A stretch of 64,000 nt of DNA from Eledone cirrhosa (lineage: Eukaryota), in assembly GCA_964016885.1 (NCBI GenBank), contig OZ024743.1:306156001-306220000 (forward strand), read 5' to 3'. This document shows, piece by piece, positions 24,430 through 37,615 of this stretch. The notes under the pieces are model-generated. The model was given only the letters and a program-made list of their open reading frames with translations. It searched no databases and was not told the origin of the DNA. The position numbers and the translations under genes are program-made. The first letter of the stretch is position 1. Each line of letters begins with the position of its first letter.

Positions 24430-25250
24430 CGATCTAATCTAATAGCCCTTTTCAAGGCGTACTACTATTTGTTGTTGACGATTGCCCTCGTCAACGCCCA
24501 CTTAACCAATTCACTAATCCGGTCTCTGTTAGCTTTGTGCGCCGGTAATGACGCGTTCAGCTTCCAGTAGCCGGATACCTGCATATGGAGCTATCTAGGT
24601 TGACTGGACAGATCACAAATTTGTGGGGTGTAGTTGACTACTTTAAATTGTGAACACTCTATGCTGTCCTTATCTACATCTCTACGAAATAACCTCTCTT
24701 GAAGCGATCTCGATGATATAATGCAGTTTGACCAAGTCCACAGTGGTACATTCGGGTAACCAGACGATACCTCTCAGACCTTTGGAATAGAATAGTCTGA
24801 GCAGGTTTGCGGGGTTTTACACTCTCCTCCCTTATCTGCTAGCACCACACAGTGACAGTGTACATCTAAGACCCCGTTTCAGTCGTCCACTAACACTAAA
24901 GAGCGAGACTTTTCTAGAAAAGTTTCCAAATGCCTGAAGAAATCTGGTCGTCTTGTTTCATGTTAGAGCATAGACGGCGACTACCCTGAAAGCATGTCCT
25001 TCTCAACAGGTCACGTGCAGCACCAACGACTTACCTTCTAGATCCAGGAGATCCAGATTTCTCTTAAAAAAAAAAAAACCCCAAAAAAACACACAGCGAC
25101 TCCACCTCCTGCTCCCGGAGGACTTGGAGATGCGTACACCTCATATACCTCCGAAGATGGATGCGAAGACTCGTGGCTAGGGAATTCTTGTCTCAGCGAT
25201 GGCCATAACATCTATGTTCAGTGAACTGAAGTCATTCAGCGGGTGATAGT
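24430..25250 (-). pseudogene. Old decayed Tx1-like APE endonuclease fragment
   Basis: Minus-strand SGYWKLN and ETFLE-like remnants, collinear with the ORF2 N-terminus of the array elements. Confidence 0.7.
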
Positions 25251-25619
25251 AATTTATGTACAAATAAATATAATAATTAGTTATGTACAAATACCTGAAT
25301 AGATTAGGCATCGTTTATGTTTCTCGTGTTTGGTATCACCACGAGAAGGGAAGTACAGGAAGTGGTTGCCATCTGGGAATCGAACTCGTGATCAAGCAGA
25401 ATTAGTTAATAAACAAAAACAAAACATCACAACATAAATCTAGAACACACACAAACACACGCGCGCGCCTGCAATTATACACGCAGACATATACAGGTAT
25501 ATACAGGTATATGCCCGTGCACACGGAGTAAACATTTACACACCTAAAATTCTCACTTAGACAGACAAACTTACTCACACTGAGGCATTATACACACAGG
25601 CGCGTGCACACACACACAC

Positions 25620-26820
25620 ACTCTATTACGTAAACACTCTATTACAGGCAAACACATTCAATTTCACACACATTCACACATTCTCATACTCATACAAATA
25701 CACACACAGTCTCTCTCATGCTCATACACATACACCCACAGTCACTCATATCCATATACAAACACACATAGTCACTCTCTTCCTCATACACATACAGTCA
25801 CTCATATACAATATACATACACACACAGACACTCATATACACATGTTAATACACGCACAGTCTCTCTCATACTTATATACATACACACACAGTCACTCAT
25901 ATATTCATACACACACAGTCACTCATATATTCATACACATACAGTCACTCTCATAGATATGCACATATACACGCACAGGCACCCTTATACACATACATAG
26001 TCATTCTCATACTTATACACATACATATACACACACAGTCACTCATATATATACATATACACACGCAGTCACTCATATACATACACGTACACACACGGTC
26101 ATTCATATATATACATACGCAGGCCACATTGAACGCTCATATACACAATATCCACACACATTCACGCGCATATATACACACTTACATTACACATGCATGT
26201 GCACATACATAGAGACAGTAAACACTCACGGACACAAACACTCATACGCAAACACCCACACAATTTTATACATATTCACGCATATATATATATACACACT
26301 TATACATGCATGTACACATACATATAAACACTAAACACTCAAGCACAAACTTGAACAATTACACACAGTTTCATACACATTCACGTACATATATACATAC
26401 TTACACATGTGTATACACAGACATGTAGGCACTAAACACTCACAGACAGATACACAAACAAACACTCACAGACAGATACACAAACAAACACTCATGCACA
26501 GACACGCATGCGCAATACGCACACATTTTCATACACATTTACGCAGATATATAAATACTTACAGATACGTACACAGACGTATAGACAGTAAACACTCGCA
26601 CACAAGTACACATACAAACAGTCATGCACAAATTCGCACAATACGCACACAGTTTCATACACATTTACGCACATATATAGATACTTACACATGCGTATAC
26701 ACAGACATATAGACGGTAATACAAACACTCATGTACACATTCTCACAATACGTACACAGTTTCAGACACATTCACATACACTCACTCACACATGCACACG
26801 CACACACGCACACACACACA
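25620..26820. repeat. Degenerate CA-rich minisatellite region
   Basis: Recurring cacacacagtcactcatata units and longer taaacactc...cacagtttcatacacatt units. Confidence 0.8.
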
Positions 26821-27436
26821 CGCATACAGCAGAAATAATTAAGAAGACAAACAAGAAATAAAATATATAAAATATATAACTAAAAACGTAAATAAAAATT
26901 CCATGCTAAACTATAAAAATACATAAAAGGAAAAAAAGATTAACGTCGGTGTTATTCGAAACAGCGCCTCCAGTTGTTTGGCAAAATATTTACTACCAAA
27001 TCACCGCATTTACATATCTCAGCAGTCATCATGTCTGATTCTATATTGTTTATAAGTATCAACTGTAGAAAGTACACCTGTGTATGTAGTTATTATTATT
27101 TTGCCTCTGGTTTCGTTCAGACCTTTGAAAGGTTTATATAAAACCTCGTGTGTCAAGGTTAGCCCAACAAAAATGTTCGTTGGCACAGACTCTGAAAACC
27201 TGCTTAGATGTGTTTTGTCTCTGACCTTTCTTCCATGTTGTTCTGCCTCCATCGCCGCTATCTCTTTACCCATTCTATATCTTCTCTCATTCGTTCATAC
27301 TTTCTCTGATCTTACCTCCTCTTCTTACTTTCCTCTTCTTTCTGCCTTTCCTCTTCCCATTCTTTCTCTCTGCCCCCGCCTTTCAGTTTTTCCTCACACA
27401 GCATTTGCATGTGGATATGCGCCTGTGTGTGCGTTC

Positions 27437-27569
<133 letters not shown>

Positions 27570-28079
27570 CTATAATCTCCTCGACTCAACTTGTGTTCGT
27601 AAATTGCATTAGACACACACACACGTGTTTGTGTACGTATGTATATCAAAAATGGAGGATCCACAAGACAAAGACAACGAAAGAGATCAACGGAAAACCG
27701 AACAGTCCCTTCTCATCAGTCAACCTCTGGAAATCACCAAAGTTTCAACCAATTAAGATTGAAACTATTCCTTGCTGTCTTCATTGGGACCTAACAAAAC
27801 AGAGAAGCAGAGGAAGAGATGAGCGGTGCTCTGTAGCTTTAGCCAAAAGGAGATTACAATAGAATGGAGAAAATTGACAAAAATATGTTAAGAGAGCAGC
27901 CCTAAGTACGAATAAAAATTAAAATGATAGGGAGGCAGAGGAAATGAAGTGGATGAGAGGAAGTTTGATATCGGACGGTGTAAATGTATATATATATATA
28001 TCGAGGGCGGGTAAAATTCCCGAGATCCATGGACGAGTTCTCTCCAGCGGACTCTGTCACTCATTATCAACATATGAAG

Positions 28080-28281
<202 letters not shown>

Positions 28282-28409
28282 CATAGATGTATGTGTGCAT
28301 ATATGTATATCTGCTTCAAAGTGTACATGTATTTTTTCCATTATTTTAATTCAGCCTCACTTTCATTTGTAAAAGATTTTAATTTCATATCTTATATCTA
28401 TAACAAAAA

Positions 28410-28483
28410 TATTTCATCTGATGAACGAAACAGACGTTTCTGTTAGAATCGTCTAACTCCGTGAAACCTTGGGTAAAGGAATA
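28410..28483 (+). ncRNA. Type I hammerhead motif in a solo module
   Basis: TATTTCaT-CTGATGA-ACG...CGT-GAAAC-CTTGG-GTA/AaGGAATA. Confidence 0.7.
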
Positions 28484-28575
28484 ACTATATTGTGTTATTT
28501 ATTACATAATTAAATAGCTCTCTACTATACATAGAGCACTCTTCTTTCCTTTACCTTTTCTATAAAAAATACTTA

Positions 28576-28621
<46 letters not shown>

Positions 28622-28657
28622 AGTAAATATGTTTTGAAACAGTGAGCAGGTTTTAAA

Positions 28658-28994
28658 TTAGAAAATAGAATAGCTTTCACCGTATTTTTGACTAAAGAAA
28701 TTTTAGCCTGATAATGGGGGTTAGAACCCTCAGATAAATGGAAAAAGATGAGTATTGACGTACATGGGAGTCGAACCCACATCTTTGGTTATCCAGACCA
28801 CTGTGCTACCATTACACCAACACATAATTTTGGGTGATGTGTTGGTGTAATGGTAGCACAGTGGTCTGGATAACCAAAGATGTGGGTTCGACTCCCATGT
28901 ACGACAATACTCATCTTTTTCCATTTATCTGAGGGTTCTGAACCCCATTATCAGGCTAAAATTCCTTTAGTCAAAAATACGGTGAAAGCTATTC

Positions 28995-29005
<11 letters not shown>
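28658..29005. mobile_element. Head-to-head palindromic dimer of a tRNA-headed SINE-like element
   Basis: Near-perfect inverted arms of about 170 bp with a spacer of about 10 nt. tRNA-like heads at 28756-28826 (minus) and 28836-28906 (plus). Confidence 0.85.
28836..28906 (+). pseudogene. tRNA-like SINE head (pseudo-tRNA)
   Basis: A-box TGGTGTAATGG, B-box GGTTCGACTCC, D/anticodon/T arms present. Acceptor stem weak; loop CTGGATA. Confidence 0.7.
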
Positions 29006-29056
<51 letters not shown>

Positions 29057-29107
29057 ATATATGCATGTTTGTGTGTGTATTTATGTATGTATATGTATGC
29101 ATGTAGG

Positions 29108-29190
<83 letters not shown>

Positions 29191-29363
29191 AAAAAGGAAA
29201 AAAATATTTTTTTCTTCCTAATAATCATCTTTTTCTCCCTGTTTTCATATATACATATATATATATATACACATATACATATATACACATACATATATAT
29301 ACACATACATATATATGTATATTCATATATATATATACATATATATGTGTATACACACACATG

Positions 29364-29399
<36 letters not shown>

Positions 29400-29427
29400 C
29401 ACACACACATATATATATAGAGAGAGA

Positions 29428-29475
<48 letters not shown>

Positions 29476-29904
29476 CATACAAACATAAGCCAAAGCAAAT
29501 ATATATATACATACATACAAACATAAGCCAAAGCAAATATTTCGTCATGGCTCTTGGCAATAAATTTTTTTTTTCTATTTTTATTATTTTTTAGCTGTCC
29601 AAACTTCAACTACACCAATTCTTTCGCTTTAATTCTTTTTAACAATCTTTCATTTTGCAATTCTTTGTTTTTTCTTATTGTTTTTTGTTTTTTTTTAGTA
29701 TTGCTGCTTCTGTCTAGATATTTCATTGTTTTTTGTGTCCTCCCACCGCCCCTCCGCCATTCCGTTTTGATTCTCTGGAATATGTTTGTTGTAAAATAAT
29801 ATCTAGTTTGTTACGGAAGTTTAAGTTTGGCCCGGTCTGGCTTGTCTAATCTCTAACCATGATATATGGTCAGCCATTATGAAAAGAGAGCAGCAGCAGC
29901 AGCA

Positions 29905-29935
<31 letters not shown>

Positions 29936-30026
29936 CAGCAACAGCAGCAACAGTAACAGTAACAGTTCAGTCTTGGAATAAGGAAAGATAATGGTGGAAG
30001 TGTTGCTAGGTTGGTATGGAGGTGTG

Positions 30027-30071
<45 letters not shown>

Positions 30072-30189
30072 GCGAGAGAGACACAAAGAGAGACGCTAAG
30101 AGAGGGAGGGGAGGACGGAAGACGAAGTAGAAAGAGAGAGAGGGCGACGCAGAGGGAGAGGGAAGGACAAGAGGGGAGGGAAGTAGAAA

Positions 30190-30345
30190 GAGAAATAGAG
30201 AGACGCAGAGAGAGAGAGAAGAACAGGAGGGAAAGTAGAAAGAGAGATAGAGAGACGCAGAGAGAGGGGGGACAGGAGGGGAAGTAGAAAGAGAGATAGA
30301 GAGACGCAGAGAGAGAGGGGGGACAGGAGGGGAAGTAGAAAGAGA
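30190..30345. repeat. Purine-rich tandem repeat of about 47-49 bp
   Basis: agagacgcagagagag(ag)gggggacaggaggggaagtagaaagagagat repeated about three times. Confidence 0.85.
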
Positions 30346-30585
30346 GAAAAGGAACTGAGTGAGGGGGTGAGGGAAGATTAAAATAGAAAAAGAGAAAAAG
30401 AGAATCGATGGAGAGAAGGAGGAGATTAGGGTGGATTCATAAGGTGATAAAGAGAGAAAAGAAACGAGTATTTGTGGGAGAAAGGAGAGAGGACACTAAA
30501 TACACACATATACACCTACATACCTACACGTACAAATAATACACACACACACACATATATATATATTAATACATACATACATATA

Positions 30586-30621
<36 letters not shown>

Positions 30622-30639
30622 TATATATGTTTGTGTGTG

Positions 30640-30677
30640 TGTAGATAGATAGAAAGATAGGTAGGTAGATAGGTAGG

Positions 30678-30742
<65 letters not shown>
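30640..30742. repeat. (GATA)n microsatellite (no element inserted)
   Basis: Directly visible. Confidence 0.95.
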
Positions 30743-30872
30743 GAATTAGTAGATAGATAAGATGCTGAAGATAATATTTTATGAGGGAAGATATGACAAG
30801 GAAATAGAGAGGGACTCTGTTTGTTTCTTTGTCTTTCTGACAGTTTATCTGCCACCCCCTCTCTTTATTTCC

Positions 30873-30941
<69 letters not shown>

Positions 30942-31078
30942 GCTCTCTCTCTTTCTCTCTGTTCCTCTGTCTCTTTGTTATTCTGACTCTCTATTGTCTC
31001 CTCATACAAAATAGTCTTTCTCTCATCACTCTTTCTCCATAACAATTTGCCCTCCTCTCTCCTCTCGTTTTTTCTTCC

Positions 31079-31153
<75 letters not shown>

Positions 31154-31691
31154 TCCCTCTCTCTCTCTGACACACTATATTTCTGTTTTCCTACTTTCCT
31201 CACCATTTATCCATCTCTTTCCCCATTCTTCACCTCATCCTCATATCCCATATATTGTTGTAGCCACCCCTCCCCCTTCCCATCTCCAATCAACTAGTCA
31301 TTCATGCAGAATCTCGTATATTTTAACAGACTGTGATGAATTGCTCTGTAAGTCAACAGGCATCCATAAACATTGTATTTTTAAAACTTCCACTTATTTA
31401 TTTGAATGAAAGAGAAAAACAAAACCTTTTACTCCAACTTTCATTCAATTTAGATGTCATAGATATATTGATTGAAGTGCCGTGGTTAGAAAGCGACAGT
31501 TAGATTGTGTGGGTGGACGATACCAGAGGTTTACAGATGCCTCAATCGATAAAGAGATAAACTGTAGTTCTCTTTAATTCACACTTTGATACACGAGAAA
31601 TCTCGATTCCTAAATCTTCAAAGATTCTGAGGGTACACAGTTTTTTTTTTATTTTGCATTACAAACTCTTCTTACTATAAAGAATGATAAT

Positions 31692-31900
31692 AATGGCTTC
31701 TGATTTTCGCCCAAGGCCAACAATTTTGGGGAAAGGAAAATTCGTTTAAATCGATCCCAGTGCATTATTGGTACTTTATTTCATCGTCCTCGTAAGGATG
31801 AAAGGCAAAGCTATCCTTGGGAGATTTGAACTCAAAACTTAAAGTAAGGAAACTATATACCGTAAAGCGTATTGTGCAACGCTCTACCGATACAGCCAAT
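31692..31900 (-). mobile_element. tRNA-derived SINE (a further partial copy at about 32195-32285)
   Basis: Family core and B-box on the minus strand. Confidence 0.75.
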
Positions 31901-32385
31901 GATGATGATGATGATGATTTCTATTTTGACATAAGAATTTACATAAAGAGCAAGGGCGATACAGGACGATAGTTGAAAACGCGCACTTGACGATATCTTC
32001 ATATGAAAACGCACACTTGCCGTCTGAAAGATAAGCAACACTAGCAGTATATGACCTTTGCTAGAGTAGGCATCGAAACCTTAGGTAGCATGCACTTGTG
32101 TTGAGAATTTATTTATAATAATTTAACCCTGTACTTAACGTCACGCTTTGGAAAGTATTTTAGAAAGTTAAATAGCGATAAAGGAAGTATCGATCCCATT
32201 GCTGGACTGGTACTTTATTTAGTGATCACAAAAGGATAAAATACAAAGTTCACATCAGCGGGATTTGAACTCAGAACGCAGAAACCCCAAAGGAAAAACA
32301 CCAACGTCAATAAGAATTTGATAAATGGCGAGAATTTTCTGTCCAACCAAAAAACATTCAAAAGAAAGACGCAGGTACAAAGGAC

Positions 32386-32442
<57 letters not shown>

Positions 32443-33385
32443 CTATCATGTCAAGTTTCCTTGGACAACGATACATATACTTTTCCACATGTCCCTATCC
32501 AGTATAGCCTTCTCGAGTTCATTCTTTCTACGATTCGTGCCTTTACAAACCCTCTCCAGAAACGTAGCATAAGGCCAGCCATTTGTTCTTTTCCCATGTG
32601 TGATTTCCCATAGCAGTAACCGGTGTAATGCCTCTGCCTGATCTCTTCACCATACGTGACCGAGTCATCTATCCTTTATGACATCTGTAATCGATCTCAG
32701 GTCATAGTACAGTAATTCATTTATTCTCTGCTCCCTCTAAGATCCTCTATTTTTCTCAAATATTATTAGCAAAAGCAAATAAAGATCCTCTGTTTTACTT
32801 CAAATATTAAAATATATTTTAAAATATTTTTAAAATATTTTAAAAATATTAAAAATATTAAAAAAAAAACTTATATTCCCAACTCGTTGAATACGTCTTG
32901 GGCAATATTTAGTCTTCTTCACATCTATAGATCTCATTTATTTCAACATTTGATATAGTTCTTTCTCCACATATGTTCACTTCTATTCATGTACATAGAG
33001 AGAAAGACTATTCACATCTCATTATTGCTTCATTTTGTATTTCTTATCTATATAACAACAAAAACTACTACTACTACTACAACTTTCTGGTTTATAACGT
33101 GATAGTTTGTCCCGCATCGTTCCCACGAGATTCTCATTCCCCCAACCCATCACCACCACTTTTATCATCTCTCATCTTCTCTTATTTATTTATATATTTA
33201 CTTATATTTAACTGCATCGATTCTGAAATTTGTTAATATGTTTCATTTATATTTTCAAATTATATTATCTGTTTTATTTCTTGAAGACTTGCATTCACAC
33301 ATATACACACATATATATAGATATATTTATATGTATATTTTTATATGCATATATACACATTCACATACATATATATACACACATT

Positions 33386-33432
<47 letters not shown>

Positions 33433-33514
33433 CATATATATATATATGCATCTATATATATATATACATGCATATATATATAAATACTTATAAGTTTATA
33501 TATATATATACAAT

Positions 33515-33575
<61 letters not shown>

Positions 33576-33694
33576 ACGTATGTGTATGTGTGTGTGTGTG
33601 CGTGTATGTATATAAATGCATATATATACATACATATAAATATATAAATGTAAAATTATATATGTGTGTGTATGTGTGTGTGTGTATGTGTGTG

Positions 33695-33747
<53 letters not shown>

Positions 33748-33861
33748 TTTCTTTTGAGTTTGCTTGTTATTCTTGATTTTCTCCGAAAGAGTATATTTTT
33801 ATGGATTTAATCAACATATTTTATGTAGTTTTTCATATAATTAGCATTGGATGTGTGGATG

Positions 33862-33925
<64 letters not shown>

Positions 33926-34589
33926 CATATACGCATATGCGCATGCACACACACGAACATACACACACACATTCATATACATAAACACAAAAAATATATG
34001 CAATTTTAAGACCCGGTTATATGCCCGCACCCATTCCTTTAGAAGATCGGACAAATCCAACCAAACTTCACTGGCTACATATGTATGAGACCTCAAGAAG
34101 TAGTCCAACCCCTTCACCCAGAAATTGAAAATGCTTCAGATGGAGCTCATACACTAGTAGGCATAAGGGCTGTCGTTTATTTTAGTGAGCTATGAGATAT
34201 GAGATATAATTTGCCAAGGGCCTTATCTTGAACAAATACTCCGAACGCTACCCGAACTGCGTGCACAAAACCAATGCAACATATAGAACCGTCAAACTAG
34301 TTCTGTTTCTAGAACGGTAAAATGGTTAAACTATATAACTCGACCTTGTAACAACCTTTATCCCTCTCTCCCACCTCCTATTCTGACCCGCTTCATAATG
34401 TCTACGGCCATGATCGTGATTATTTTCCATAGCTAACATTACTCCCAGTAATATACGTGTGTATGTGTATATGTATGTGTATATACATATATGTGTGTAT
34501 ATGTATGCGTGCGTGTATGTGTATGTGTTTATATTTATGTGTATGTATATATGCGAGTACATGTACGTGTGTATATGTTTATGTACACG

Positions 34590-35775
34590 AGGGCAGAGTT
34601 CTCAGACAATGATTCCAGTGGATCCTGTCAGAAGCAACCGTCTCCAACTGCTGGCTGGATCTCCAAGCGAGACCAAACAAGCTCATAGACGTTATTCCAC
34701 CAGCTTGCTCGGGGTCTACCTCTGGGTCTCCTGCCGGTTGGTTTTGCTCGTAAAATCTGTCCAGTAATTCTTTCTTGAGACATTCTAACATCGTGCCCAT
34801 AGTATTGGAGCTGTGATCTCTGAATTCGGAGAATTGGTAATTCTACCTGCAGTGAATCTCTATCGAGTGACGTTACTCCAAAGACCCTTCAGAGGGACCC
34901 TATTTCGGCATATTGTTTCCTGGATCGTATTCTTTCGGTCATTACCCAAGATACATGACCATACTTAAGGGTTGGCACGAATACCGAATTGAAGATAATG
35001 ACTTTGGCTTTTAAATCTACCTCCCTTCTTCTGATTACTGAAGGCTGAAGCAGGCGCCTTACTGCACCAGCTCCTGCAATTCTTGCACTTAATTCAGCCA
35101 TCTGCCTTCCATTACTGGTGAACACGGCCCCGAGATATTAAAACTTTTTTACCTGCTTCAGTGGAACTCTATTCAGGTGTAGAGTGCACTGCGCAGGCTT
35201 CCTTGAAAGCGCGAGCCTCTCAGTTTTTGCAGCACTGATTTTCATTCCAGCTATGCAGCACTCGATATCAAACCTATGAAGTAGAAGTCGGAGATCACAT
35301 TCTGTCGAGTAATACCATGTCGTCTGCAAATTCCAGCCAACTGATTTCCCTTCTAATGATACTACTTCCAATCCGGCAGCGCACACCAATCAATAATTGT
35401 TTCTACTTTTGGCACAAGGCCAGCAATTATTCCAGTGCATTACTGGTACTTTATTTTATCGACCCCATAAGGATGATAGGCAAAGTTAACCTCGGCGACA
35501 TTTGAACTCAGAATATAAAGGGCCATAACTCTACACTGTAAAGCATGGTGTCTGACGCTCTACTGATACTGCCAATTCACCTCATGATAATAATGAACAG
35601 GAGAGGTGACAATACGCACCCTTGATGGAGTCCGACTCCCACATTCAATGGTTTCGATATAGCATCATTTATCCGAACACAAATACTTGGGCATTCGTAT
35701 AGTCATCAGGGCAGAAAGGAGCTAACTATAAATCCCATTTTTTTTTAACAACCTTCCACAGCAGGTGGAAAACCC
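34590..35775 (-). mobile_element. RTE-type LINE 3' portion, interrupted by a SINE at about 35393-35580
   Basis: GMKISAAKTE, LKQVKKF, ELSARIAGA, KAKVIIFNSVFVPTLKYG..SW; GLHQGCVLSP remnant at about 35600-35635. Confidence 0.9.
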
Positions 35776-36231
35776 ATCTCGGACCATGCAAGATAAAAAA
35801 AACCTACCCCGAATTCCGTATACACACAGGCATACACTTATAGATGCAACCACACAATACACACCAATAAACACATATCACTGCCAAACACACATACAAA
35901 CATACACACGCACATACACATGCATGAGTGCGTACAGAGGGATACGGGTATATGTACATGTATACATATTCATGTGTGTGCGCGCGCGGACGTATATGTA
36001 CACACATTCACACACATACACTTCCAACAACAACACACTTAACATCTACAAACGCATACGTGCTTCATAATACGTACCTTACCTACACCCAACAAGCAAC
36101 AACACCCCCTCACCTCGATCCCCACACCCGCACGCCCGACCACTCTCCCACCCATCACTACTTTCCTCCTCCCCCCTTTCTATTCTAAATTTGTCTTTAA
36201 GTTTCTTTGCGCTTTTTCTTTTCTGATTTTC

Positions 36232-36259
36232 CTGATGAAGGGCAAATACCCGAAACGTT
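36232..36259 (+). ncRNA. Ultra-minimal PLE-type hammerhead core
   Basis: CTGATGA-aGGG-caaata-CCC-GAAAC-GTT. Same family context as 20436 (followed by ctaatacc.ttt.t(g)taac-like sequence). Confidence 0.5.
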
Positions 36260-36347
36260 GACTGTGTAACTCTCTTTCTTTTATGCACCAAACTAATACC
36301 ACTTTATGTTAACGCATCCTCTTGTTTGTTCGTTTCTTATTTCTTTG

Positions 36348-36439
<92 letters not shown>

Positions 36440-36460
36440 TCATATATATGCATATATGTT

Positions 36461-36494
<34 letters not shown>

Positions 36495-36637
36495 CCTATA
36501 TATATATATTATGTGGGTGGGGTCACACAATTGTATCTATGCATAATGCATAGCTAAGCTATTTGTACTTATATGTATGCACCGGTGTGCCTTGTTTAGC
36601 CCCCCAGACGCTAGTGCAATGTAAAATCAACAACTCA

Positions 36638-36713
<76 letters not shown>

Positions 36714-37003
36714 ATGCAGAGACACACAACCAATGATTTCACAAGTGTTACTTCCTCGGAGACTATGATGAGTTCTAATCTGTTGCTGCATGGGACTAAC
36801 TTTGACCGGAAGAGATGCATTCTGGGTAAAAGCCAAAGAAACATCAGGCAAGAAGCAGCTGTGATTAGTGGTCTGTTGGGATTAATGGCCTTTCCATATA
36901 TATGTACACATACATACAAACATATACATCATATACTATCATATATTTTAATACATATACATCCATCCATATATATATATGAATATATATGTGTGTATGT
37001 GTT

Positions 37004-37119
<116 letters not shown>

Positions 37120-37560
37120 CAAATGTGGTTTGCTGAACCAGTGGGAAGGTCGAATGTCCAAATTTGACTGGCATTTTCTTTAAAATGACATACTAATGAT
37201 TGCTGCGTTAATTAAAGCAACGCAGGGACCGTTTAATTAAAATCACATGCTAACGATGACTGCTTTAATTAATGCAACTTAGGGACTAATTTAATGAAGG
37301 TCTTTAAGAAGTGGTTTAGGAGGTCACTGGTAGATTTAACGGGATGAAAGTTCATTACATTCAAGTCAACTAAACACACGCATATACACATACACGTATG
37401 TAAGTGTACATTTTGGAAGATGGGTGGCCCAAATTTGATTTGCCGAATTTAGAGGCTCAGTAAGGTTTGGTCTGGTAGGAGCCATGGATAAAAGATGGCG
37501 TTCGGTTTATGGTGTTTGCTGAGGATTTTATACTGATTGGAGAAATAACGGTTGTATTTA

Positions 37561-37611
<51 letters not shown>

Positions 37612-37615
<4 letters not shown>

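Noticed and set aside
28836-28906. Functional tRNA gene
   Set aside because: Weak acceptor stem, atypical anticodon loop (GGA with T at position 37), and it is part of a larger palindromic repeat.
29879-29968. ATG followed by a CAG/CAA polyglutamine-like run
   Set aside because: The frame stops right after the run, and I found no splice context or non-repetitive coding sequence. Treated as a trinucleotide repeat.
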